Both the position numbers and the translations under genes were made by a program. From assembly GCF_000497125.1 (NCBI RefSeq), contig NC_090603.1, positions 992,001-1,056,000 of the forward strand: a stretch of 64,000 nucleotides of DNA, written 5' to 3'. The notes beneath the pieces were generated by a model, which worked only from the letters and a program-made list of their open reading frames with translations, was not told the DNA's origin and searched no databases. Below, one piece after another: positions 1-11,964 of this stretch; within the stretch, counting starts at the first letter, position 1, and each line of letters begins with the position of its first letter. This DNA is from Spironucleus salmonicida (taxonomy: Eukaryota).

Positions 1-1748
1 ATGAACTGGCCTCCCTAAAACTAGTGCAGGTCCGCCCCGGTGCTTATCAGGTAGAGATGGTTATCAGATTCGTAAAGTTAAAAGTTACCTTAATAAATTT
101 CATCAAAACTATTATATGTCATTATGTAAACTGCACCTACTGAGCAAGCAAATATTTAAGATTGAAATACAAATAATTTTATAATGTCATTTGCAAAAAA
201 TTGGTTAACTAATTCTCCAGTTTATATTGTTAACATATTTCTATTACCTGGTACACTTTCGACTTTTATGGTCTCTAGTTAAGCGAAAAGTTAATCAATT
301 GATCGCAATATATGAATTAAGTCTATTTTTATCTCTGGGACTTCCGTTAAAACTTCAAATGAAATTTTATATATTTTATCATTTATTTAAATGATATTTT
401 AGTACAAATATGTAAAATCATCTAAAATAAACCCAAAAATTCCATCGTTAAAAATTTCAATTGATTTTTAATAAAATACTACATTCATACTTTAAAATAT
501 AGTAAACCCTTTGATTTAATCTATTAAAAAATCGTTTCTTGTTGACTTATAGCATTATATTGCAAAAGCTGATGTTTAAATTTACTGTAGCATATCTACT
601 GATTCATCATACTGCAGTTGACTAAATGCATTAATTTTATTATTACTGAGAGTGAAGATGCTACCGTTTAATGTAAAAACTGTTTGGTGCTACATTTTTA
701 TTAATACATTTTGTTTTGTTAATTAAGACACAACAATATCTGATTTAATTAGTATATTTGGTTGACTTTGCAATACCAATGCAAAAATATTTTTATTGGT
801 TCCACCCACTATTAATGATTCCGTCATAATTTAACCACTAGTTAAAAAATTGTTTTGTATACTATCTTATAGCAAAACAAATTCAGCATTATTTTCTTAA
901 TCTTGTAATGAAAGAATTAAATCCGTTATATGCATCATACGAACTCCATTCTCAAATAATATTATAAGAAATTTATTAATAAGACAGCAATCTATGCAAT
1001 TGTCAGTATTATCAATTTATTAATTTTTATAGGTTATTTATAGAGAATAATCATAAATTTTTTGATCAGTAGTATCTATTATTAAGTCTCCAGATCCTTA
1101 AAGTTCTACTTTAATAAAAATAAGACTCCCGTTTACTAGTAATACAATAATAATATCTATGAAATATAATAATTTAACTATAACAGAATCAAATTATATA
1201 CTTTATGATTCAAGTTTTGACATCATATCGTGAATTAATATAGATGATTCTAATTACATAAATACTAGATTATTTTTAATCAAACACCCGAGAATATTTG
1301 GAATGTAAAATATAATTTCATTAATCGAAATATGATCTAAATCAATATTAATAAAATATCCATATTAGAAAAAGCTAAGGACAGAAGCAAGCCTATGATA
1401 TTATTCTTATTTTTAATAGTTCAAAATTAAATTATGTCCAATAGATACTAATTCTTCATTTACGTAAAAAATTTTAAAGGGTTATTTATATGAATAATAC
1501 TTTTAAACTTATACAAACTCTTCATTAATCATATAGATATATTTTTAAGTTAATACTGCTAAATATTAATCAGTGGAGTCTACTGATAAGATAGACGAGT
1601 CGAATATTTTTTATTAATTAAATTGTAATAAATTTTAATGAAGTAATACTGAAAATTTTATGCTATATATAAAAATTGTTTTATCTGAAACTAGTAAAAG
1701 TTTGTCTTTAAAAGTTGAAGTTGATGTGAAAAAAGGAATTATGTTCAT
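1..1748 (-). CDS. Hypothetical protein (3' end runs off the window), beta-rich
   Basis: Frame is open in code 6 from ATG at 1748 (MNIIPFFTSTSTFKDKLLLVSDK...) to the window edge (...NHLYLISTGADLHQFQGGQF). It is divergent from the helicase. No family motif recognised; the start could be about 150 nt further upstream. Confidence 0.65.
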
Positions 1749-1819
1749 CCGAAGAAATATTATCAAAATAATATATAATTAAATATTTTACTAGATTTGA
1801 ATTAGATGTTTATCTATAA

Positions 1820-4030
1820 ATGAACTTTGATTTTTCTTTGATATACAATACTCCAGACTCAAATATGCCAATTCTTTCAACATAATCATTAAATTTGCCA
1901 TACACAATGTCTACTAGTATTTTCAAAATAAAAGATCAGTATCCTGAATTTTTATTAAATGAATTTTAAACTCAAAATTATGATAAAATACTTAGTTACT
2001 CTGATTTTAACTATATTTTCAGATCGCCAACGGGATCAGGCAAAACTTATCTATAAGATTTAGCCATTTCTTGTTTTGCAAAAGAACAATATATTATTTT
2101 AGTTATTTTACCAAACAAGTCTTTATTAATTGATAGATATGAAAAACATTTAAAATATTTTCATAGCATAAAATCAGATATACTTAGCAGTGATAGTAAC
2201 TGCATTTAATCATCTTCTTAAGTTATTTACTGCAATATTGAAAAAGCAGTCGAATATCTAAAACGGGACTGCTTTAAACATATATAGCAGAAAATATAAC
2301 TTATTATTATTGATGAGATACATTATATTAAGACTACCAAAGATTACCTTTATTGGTATGTAATATAGTATTGTATCGATAAAAGTATCAGATTCTTAGG
2401 ATTTTCTGCAACGATAGAGTAAAACGTAGTTAATGAGAGATATGCTATATTTACAGAATATGGTATTAGAAAGAATATAAAATATTCTTTTTGTTAGTTT
2501 ACATAGAAGAACTTGCTATCATTGTCAAAAATTCATATAGGGATAGCATTTAAATAACTAAAAGATAATGTTAATTTTATTCTAGATACAATTTTATAAA
2601 AATATAAAGGATATCTTGAATATAAAAATGATTTCATTGTTGCTAATAAATAAATTTTAATATTTTGCCCTTCTTAGAAAATTGCAGAACATGTTTCACT
2701 ATTTTTCAGTTAAAAAATGTAATAAGTATAATCTACTAACTTTTAATCAGAAAGTTTATAATAAGTTGTTAGTTGTTAGGTGGGATTTCATCATGCATCG
2801 TTACCTGAATCTGATAAAGGTAAATTACTTCAATTATTTATTGATAAAAAAATATAAATTTTATCTTGTACTTCTACTCTAATAGTCGGTGTCAACATAA
2901 GCCCAGATTTAGTTGTAATTTATTCTTCAATATCTGTTAACGATAATCAATTTGTAAGACTTAATACTTCTTAAATAGAGCAAATGGCTGGGCGTTCTGG
3001 CAGATAGTTAGGGCTACCAAGTTATTGCTGTTTCATTGATGATATTTATTTAAATGATATTAAAGCTACAGTTTAGAATAATCTATTCTTTAAAAATAAA
3101 CTTGATGATTAATTAATACCATAAGATGAAAGTATTCGTATGCATATTGTTGATTTGTTTTCTAGTGTTTTAGGCTAATAATTATCTGTTAAATTTATTT
3201 AATAACGGATTAACGAAAGTGTATGGTTTATTTCTACTAATTATGATACTGAAAAAGTATATGATCAGTTTTAATAATTGTTGCAGTATTTTATACAAAA
3301 ATATGATTCAAACATCATCATATCATAAAATTTAGATTATCTGTTCTAATATCATATTAGTATTTAATTATATAACTCATTAACTAAATATCTTTATTAA
3401 AATATTAATTTCGAGTAAATTTCAATCTTATTACTTGATGAACTCAATTTTTTTAATAGTATTATTACTAAACAATAAATCAATAAAAATTCAAACCTTA
3501 GCGATATTTACAGTATATTTTAGTAGAATAGCCAAACTATATAGGTAGAATAGTCTAAAAATGTATTAAATAGACTTATTGGTTGTGCTTTATAAATTTA
3601 TAATTGTTATGAAGATATCATTAAATTAGTAAAAATTAAAGCATTTATATCTTCTGGCAATGAACAAAATAATGTTAAATTCAACATAAGTGGAAATTAG
3701 CTTTATTTAACCAACTATTAGCTATTAATCAATGCTTAATTTTATGCTATAATATTAGTAAATAATGGAAAGGTTATATATGGAATTATAGATATTAATA
3801 AGTTTTCTAATGTATCAGATGTGATATCAGTATAAAATAAATAATATGTTAAGATATAAGATATATCAAAAATATTTATTTAAAATCTTTAAAACTTACA
3901 TAACGAATTTAGTTATGAAACCTAAATTAATAATAAAGAAATATAACATGATTTTGGGATAGATGTTGAACCAGTATAGAAAAATATTTTTCTATAAGAA
4001 CTACAATAATTAATTTAAAAGTATTAATGA
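1820..4030 (+). CDS. Ski2-like DExH-box helicase, possibly MER3/HFM1-like
   Basis: Code-6 translation shows NEFQ (Q motif), SPTGSGKT (I), PNKSL (Ia), IIIDEIH (II), GFSAT (III), FCPS (IV), GFHHASL, STSTLIVGVN (V) and QMAGRSGR (VI). About 736 aa, ending in TGA at 4028-4030. Confidence 0.85.
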
Positions 4031-5107
4031 TCAAATATCTTCACTTTCGCTAAATTAATCAAAATCATTAAAAATCTATCCCTCTACTTTTCTATTTTCT
4101 AGAAATATTTCATACTTTAGCAAACCAATCATGCCACCGAAGCTTCTTAATTTTTCTGCAGGATCAGCATAATCTGGAACTTTTATTAGCACGTCTTAAA
4201 TTCCAGATAAAATTTTTAAATAACTATAATCTTATTCTATTACAGATTACATAACTAATACATTTTCTAACGCAGAGGGATACTATATAATAGTTTAGAT
4301 TACATCTTAAGAATATACAACATAACCTCCTTTAGTTAGTCTCAGTGTAAACTCATCTAAAATATCCATCGATGATTACCAAATTGAAGATTTCAGTATA
4401 TCAAGTTAAATTAATTCATTTACACAAGATCTAATTCTGAAATTTTTTGTAGGTTAATAAACAATATCGTAGTTATCAATGTTGTACTTTTATATTTGCT
4501 TTACTAAATCTACATAACCGCAAAATATTAAATTCTTTACTTTAACCTTATTTTATACAGTTTAAACAACCTCATCCATAAATTTATGTAAATATTTCTA
4601 AACTTTGTCACCGTTAAATCGATTTTTACATGGCATTATAATTTCCACTCTAGCAACATACTCTAAAATTTCACCGTACAAATGTATTCTAGCTATACCA
4701 GGAGATAATGCTACAATACATTATTATATTAAATCAGTAGGTTAGGTTAATAAATCTATATCCTCTTAAGACCAATTTTTTGATAGTGTAAATTTCATAT
4801 TTAAAAGAATTTTAATAGTATGTGAAGAATTAATAGGAATATCGGGATTAGATGTTAATACAACATTTCCAGAAACTATTATTTCGCTATCTGTTCTACT
4901 AAATTAAAGTTTTTATACTTTAATAACTATTTTAACTGTTTTTCTATCCATTTTTTACCCCATTAAAATTTTTCTTGAAGTTACACTACCGACTTTATTT
5001 CCTATGTTCAATAGTGTCGAAATTAATTACAAATCATTAACTGACTGAGGAACCATTTCTATATACCCTTAGTAAGAAGAATCAACTTTATTTTTTGTAA
5101 TAATCAT
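4031..5107 (-). CDS. PELO: Pelota/Dom34 ribosome rescue factor (eRF1 family)
   Basis: N-terminus MIITKNKVDSSYQGYIEMVPQSVNDLQLISTLLNIGNKVGSVTSRKI matches the Pelota Sm-like domain pattern. C-terminus AEKLRSFGGMIGLLKYEI matches the eRF1_3 signature. 358 aa. Confidence 0.85.
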
Positions 5108-5161
5108 GAAAGAAATGGAAATATTTAGTTATGATCTATATCTATGAATTAAATTAATTAA

Positions 5162-7123
5162 ATGGATCGACGGCAGTAACGTATTTAAAAAATTGTTGAT
5201 GCACTTATTTAAGAAAATATATCCTCTGGATAATCTTAGGATGATTTTGAGAATATTAATATCGTTTAGTCATCGGAATCTTCAGAAAAATCTAATTCTA
5301 GTATTTCACTCTAAGATGAAGAGAATTTCTATGAAGATTAAGATAAACTTATTGTAGTTTAAGAAAAAAAATCGTAATTGAAGCGAAATAGAAATTATGT
5401 TGATCCAGCCCTGATAAATAAACCAGTGGACATTACTGAAATTATTAAAAACCCTCAAATCTTATTATCATAAAAGTAAAAGTAAACATAAAATCAGTCC
5501 AACGTAACTTAAAGTTAAATAATGACTTAACATACGTAATAATAGTTGATTCATACTTGTAAAATATCGAATAATAAAGTTTTCTAAAATGCAGAACCTA
5601 CTATGTTATCAGCTTCTTATTCTTAACAAGAACATACTACCCAATCAGTAACAGATTAATAAACTACTAATTTAACACCATTCAAGCTGGATAATCAAGC
5701 CTGGACTTAACATCTCGCTGTTACACATGCCTGGAACACAATGGCTTATAAATAATCTACAATAAAAACCTAAGTATAAATATAAGAAAATTAACAAATA
5801 AATACAAATAATCAGTAGTAATCAGTTATCTCAATTTTTTCAGATTCGCGAAATCGAGCATTTTTGAGCTATCTTGAGGTCGTGTTGAACAGTGAACTTT
5901 TAGCTAGATTTGTAGTTGAGAATTATCAAAAGTAAACAAATTCTGATGACTTTTATCGTTTAAATCTTAGCAAGTAACTCCCCGATGAATTCGATTATCG
6001 ACGCGGAATGGAGGCTTTTTACCGCAATCAGGAAGTATCAAATGGAGTAAAATAAGCTGTTTTTGAGGGGAAAAGGTAAGAAAAAGATAATAATATCATA
6101 GTATAAAGAAGTGCAATAAATATGAATTTTGATTCTCAAAGTATATAAAATGATTGCGAAAAAAGCATAAATACAGGCATCAGCATGAACTAGGAATAGG
6201 GAGGGAATTAGACCTTCAGTGGAATTATTAATGTAAAGTTTGAGCCAGCAAAACGGGGATTTCTTAACAAATTTTATCAACTTGCAGGTACTCCACCAGT
6301 GCCAGTGCCAGGTGTATTGTCTGTTTAGCAATAAACCGATTTATAGCTTAAAGTTGTAAAGAATCAGAAAAAGTAAAATTTTGATGATACTGTCACTTTT
6401 ATTATTATTGATTAAACAGATCATGATTTATCACTTTTCTCATTTTAAGAGCTTATAAAAAAAATATCAGTATGCACTACTTTAAAAATTGTAAGAGGGC
6501 GTGGCCGAGCAGGACGTAAACTTTTTGATGTACTTGAAAAAGTGAAGGAAATCCGACCAGATTTACTGGAAGAGGACATTTTTATGCAATAAAAAATCAA
6601 GTACGAAAGCGGAGTCTCATACAAAGCTAGTCTTTAGGGTGTTTATTAGACTATTTAAGGTGTGTATGATGATAAATTGGTAGGTGATTTGGAAGTAGTC
6701 GATAACGCTGTGTAGGACTTTAGAATTCTCGATAAGGATATAATTGATTTTCAGTTTGCAAATGAGTGTGAAAATTGGTCACATAGATGGTTTCCATGGT
6801 CTGAAAAACCAATAAAAACTGGGTTTAAATATACAGACCCAGCAACAAACCAAGGATATAATACTGTACATGAGTTTAAAATTATAAGAGAATAACAGAT
6901 GGAAGATTAGTAAAAAAAATTATAAAAATTTTTGGTTAATAATGATGTAAATACGATATAACTGCTGATAAATGAAAATAAATTTAAAGAGGCAAATTAA
7001 TGCTATTAGAGATAATTATAAAATGTAACTCCATAATATTTATGTTTAAATTAAGTAACCGAAGAAAATTTAGATATAGTATAAAAAATCTTAGGGCCAT
7101 ATAGATATAAAGTTTTGGATTGA
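5162..7123 (+). CDS. Hypothetical protein (~653 aa)
   Basis: ATG at 5162 and TGA at 7121-7123 are in the same frame and the sampled segments are open. Q/S/N-rich N-terminal half; no family motif recognised. Confidence 0.7.
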
Positions 7124-7265
7124 TTAAAAGATTATTAGGTTTTACTTTAATATATATTATTTATTTTTATAGTTCATAATATTACCACATAATTTTTTTT
7201 AATATATAATAATAGTAAAAATTGTTTTAGATTTCCGCCATTTTGATTACCTTTCCACATTCAAA

Positions 7266-8021
7266 ATGACAACATGCCAGTCTCCATCTCTTACTAAGAT
7301 CAAAGCTTTATCTGAATCTATCAATATGTTATAAACATAATCTCGTATTGATGTAGAATAACATAACCGAGTTGTAGATACTCGTATTTCATCCATGGAA
7401 GAACGCGTTAAGAAAAATCAATAATCTGATAAATCTAAATTTATGCTTCTGAATGATCAACTCACCAAGCTCTAGCAGGCTTTCCATGCTGAAAAAGCGT
7501 CTCGTGAACTTTTGAACAAGAGAAAAACTAAAGAAATTGAACTTATAGAAACTGGTTTGAAAACTTCTTTTGAAAATGAAATGCATGTAAGATAAGAATT
7601 AGTATAGCGCTTAACTAAAATGGCTGATGAGAAATTAACTAGTGTTTCTGAATCTCTTAAGAAATTATCTAATGAACGTGAAGTTTAAGGTGATAATGTC
7701 AAAATTTTCATGAGAGAAAAGGTTACTGACGTTATTTAAACTATGGCTAAGGATAGAGAGGAAACTGATGCATAGTATAATTAACTTACCTCTGAACTTG
7801 ATCGTCAATGTTAGGAAATTAGAGAAATAATATACAAAGAATGCTAAGAAAGAGAAGAATAAGAAAGTCATTTCAAAGAAACATTTACCTAGGTTTGTAG
7901 CAAATTATAATAAAGATTAGTAACAGAGCGCGAAAAGAGAGAGTAGACCGAATAATAATTATTGGAATTATTAGAAGAAGTTTGCGTAAAGGTTGAAGAG
8001 AATGTCGGTAAGTAATTCTGA
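7266..8021 (+). CDS. SF-assemblin / beta-giardin family coiled-coil cytoskeletal protein
   Basis: 251-aa segmented coiled coil with repeated E..(R)E units and C-terminal EREKREQTEQQLLELLEEVCVKV, typical of the family. C-rich promoter directly upstream. Confidence 0.75.
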
Positions 8022-8325
8022 AATGAAATTTTATTGCTATTTTATGTTGAATCTTTTAATACTAATTAATTTCAGATAAAATTTAGTAATTATAGTATTT
8101 TATTAAAATTATTTTCTATATTTATTCTTTATATATAATTTAATATTAGGTTATTATATAGTAATATACTATATATTTATTATATACAGGTTTATTTAAA
8201 ATTAAACTTGTGGTAGATCATTTGGGATAATATTTATATTTACCCCTAAACTCAATATTTTCTCATAAACTGATTCTACCTTATATACGAATTATCAGAT
8301 ATATATAAATAAAAACTGATTCAAA

Positions 8326-9795
8326 ATGCGTACATATAAAGCTTACACAGTTTCTGCCCTACTTATTAACTTTGCCATGGGTACTGGTGTATTAAACCTA
8401 CCTAAAACAGTTGCTAACGCATCTATTTTAGTATCATTCGCCATCTTAACATTAGTTACTTTTCAAGCGTATTTACTGGCCAGATATACATTAGATTCTT
8501 TGGCACGAACATTTGCAATTCAACGTACAACTAGTGAATAATAACAGTAAATACCTCATCTTGGTAGTACGGAAAACATCATGATTTCCTATGAAAATAC
8601 TCATGGATTTATTGCTGAAAAGCCTGACTACCAGATTCCAAACAATTTTACTTTCTAGTTTTCAGAATTATGCCATATTTATTGGGGTAAAACTGGCTTT
8701 ATTATATACTAGGTAACTATTATATTTTTCCTCTTTGGAGCTATTTGGGGTTATGCATCCGTTGTTGCGCAATCAATCAGCTCTGTTGTACCATTTGGAG
8801 CTAATTGGGAGTGTGCTGACCCATGTGGAGATAGCTATTCTGAAATTTGCAATGTGGCGTATTATATATGGACATATGCGGCATTAGTATATTGCTGCAT
8901 AATGGTATTTTTTGATCTATCTAATTAAAATATTTTATAAGGAATATTTACTATTTTCCGATTAGTATCTGTTGGAGGAATTGCCTTAATAACTTTTATT
9001 AGCATATTTATTGGACCTTTTAACCCAGATGGTTCAAATGTAAGTAATGAGGTTAAATAGGTATACATTCAGGATACCCCAATATTTTAATTTAGTACAC
9101 AATCTTTTGGCTCAATATTCTCATCTTCAGCATATGCTATTATTTTACATTCATGCATTCCGAATGTAGTATAACCTACAATGATTGATTAACAAAAGTA
9201 CCTTAATCATTCTATTACAGGGGCTTTTTTGATAATGTACGTAATTATGGGTTTTGTATCATACCCAGGAGGATTATATTTTGGAAATTTAGGAAATTAA
9301 CTAATAACTCTAAATTTAATCAAGTGGGATGGTAAAAGCTGGAATGCAACATCATAACCAATTTGGGCAGCTATATTATCAAATATAATTCGTATTCTTC
9401 CGCCAATCTATGTCTTAGGGGCTATACCCATAAATGGAATAACCATGGCTGATAATGTGGTTGCAATGTTTCCAACATTAAAATCAAAGAAATATTTTAT
9501 CATATCTATAAAACTACTGTGTGTTATCCCTCCAATAATATTTGGAGGCTTTTTTAGATGCATAAGTGATATTATTAATATCACAGGTTTATTTGGATTT
9601 GTTGTTCTATTAGCACCAGCTTTTATCCTAATAAAAGCAAAGAAAAATACGAAGGAAGCCTTCGGACTGGTGGCAACACCATACTCGGGATTTTGCGATT
9701 AAGATTGGATAATTATACTGATCATGATGTTTAATATCATTGGGTTTGGCTTTGCTTTCTATACAGTCATCGTAAATTTTAAAGGGACATCATGA
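8326..9795 (+). CDS. Amino-acid/auxin permease (Aa_trans), TMEM104-like transporter
   Basis: INFAMGTGVLNLPK first-TM motif, ELCHILLG, AYAIILHSCIPNV and many hydrophobic segments. Joins track ORFs 8326 and 9445 in one frame. 489 aa. Confidence 0.85.
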
Positions 9796-11295
9796 GTTTT
9801 AATAATGTATATAATATAAAATATAAAATATAAACTCATTTTTTACTTTTCCTTTGCTCCCTGACTTGCCCTTTTCTACATCTTTATACACAAAAAGAAA
9901 TTTAATAATAAATAAAATTAATAACATAGTGCTAATACAGACACCTACACCTTCTGTTAGTGATAGAGAATAATAATAATTAGCGGTATCACCATTATTT
10001 CTAGATGTACTCAAAATAGTTATCAAGGCCATAATTAGCTTAAATACCGCAAGCATATAGTTTAAAGTGAAGAAACTCTCAAAGGAACTTAGAATAGAAA
10101 CTATTTCTGGGATAATAGATGTGCTTCCAGCTACACAGGATAAAAACAAATGCTTAACTTAAGTGCTGCTATATTCGGAATCTTTATCAGTCGAGAAGAT
10201 GAACTACACATGAAATTACACAAAACATATCAATATTATTGCATTAACAGCAACTGATACAATAACCACAGTTAGAATTAATTTGCAAACACGCTTGTAG
10301 TACCGTTGCTTATAGTGTAGAGCCGCAGCCGAAAAGAAGCAATAGCTCAGGGCAGTGGGAACGACTCTAAAAAACTATCCATAAAGTGAGAAGGAAAACA
10401 AGTCGTAAATAGCATCTTATCGTTATGAATCGTTTGTATATGTCTTAAAAATTTAAGCATGTGAAAGTAATACGGACATTGGAAGAACTATTAAATAACA
10501 CGTTCTAGGAAGTCCAAAACGAAGCATCTATATTAAGATAGAAACTTATTTTTTGTCACGAAACCCTTTAAATATCGCCATAAGATCCGAATTAAAATAA
10601 TTTCGTATAGTAACACCAAGCAACGACCGACCTTCATTGATACCAGTCATCCAAACACCCAAAGAGAATTCAGTAACAACAAATGCTACAACTGTGGGCC
10701 AATTATTAACTGGGACATCAGCAATGAAGTATAACATGGATTCTACAGCAACTCGAACAAGAGCACTGATACATAGATGACAAAATGTTATGAAGGTTCT
10801 TCCTTCTGCTGTAAATTTTATTATGTTAACATTACTTAAAACATTGAAAGCATATGAGCAGCCAACTTATACTACGATTGAATAATAATACGATTTTGCT
10901 ACCCCAAAAATAGTTTATGTGTACACAGCTATTAGAGAATTGACTATAAGAAACACAGGTAGAAGGAGGTAATATAGATAGAATAGAGAATGATAGTATG
11001 CCTTCATTTCTTCATAATTTTTGCTGGCAATGAAGTCGGCAGCATGTAACGCATAACTGAACATTAACTGATTTGGTAGAGTTTATCCTAAGATTAATTT
11101 TAAATTATATGTCACATTTATAGCGTAAATACAGTCCTATCCAAAGTTAATTTGTTAAAAGTAGAAAGAGACTAGATCTGCAACTGCCAATAGTAGCATT
11201 CCAAGAAACATTGGAAAACACTATTCTACTACAATCCATAAAATATTAGTACTAAGGATACGTACTGAATGCGCTGATAATTCAGATAGATCCAT
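9790..11295 (-). CDS. MATE family multidrug/toxin efflux transporter-like protein
   Basis: About 500 aa with many TM segments. N-terminus ILWIVVEQCFPMFLGMLLLAVADLVSFYFQQINFGQDCIYAINV has the MATE TM1-TM2 pattern. Joins track ORFs 10546 and 9799. The exact C-terminus is uncertain (see findings). Confidence 0.7.
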
Positions 11296-11409
11296 TTTAT
11301 CGAACAAGACTATATGTTATATTAATTTAAATAAAATATATAATTTGCTATTTATTTTTTATGTAATTTAATAGAATTGAACCAATAATAAAAAACACTA
11401 CGAATACAT

Positions 11410-11922
11410 TCATGCGAAGAAGCTCTTGAGCCAGTAGAGATCCGCCTGGAAAACAAACTTCCTCAGCCGCTAATATGCGAATTCCTGGCGCTTTATGAGA
11501 GTGAGGTTAGTGCGTAGGTGCACCTCGCTATCCACCAGGATGCTTTGAGCGAGAAACTGCGGCAGAGACGTCTGGATCTCGAACGAGGTCTCTTTGCACC
11601 CAGCCCATGTCTGGTCTGGGATTTTCACGGATCCTTCCGCAGTGACAAGCTGGATTCCGTCATAACCGTCAGAGAGCAGCAGTGAAGTGCTCTGGGAAAC
11701 GATACGCGGTGATTAAATCTAGGGAGCCGTAGTATCTAGGATCTCCAGCTGATGTGCAGCCCTGACCTGCTGGAGCAACGTGCGCGCACCTTCCGAGAAC
11801 AGAGCCAGCTGCGCAGTTTGATAAGCAATGCAGTACTCTAAGTCCCACGACTCAGATGTTCCGCTGCATAGGATATCCAGAATCTCCGCCGTGAGATCAC
11901 TGGCGATCGCGTTTGCTTCCAT
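11410..11922 (-). CDS. Hypothetical protein (170 aa), GC-rich
   Basis: Track ORF 11719-11922 extends through TAG/TAA to TGA at 11410-11412 (...FVFQADLYWLKSFFA*). It shares a 42-nt AT-rich divergent spacer with the next gene. Confidence 0.65.
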
Positions 11923-11964
11923 TCTTGAGAATATGTAGTAATATATAATAGTTTCCCTGGTTTA

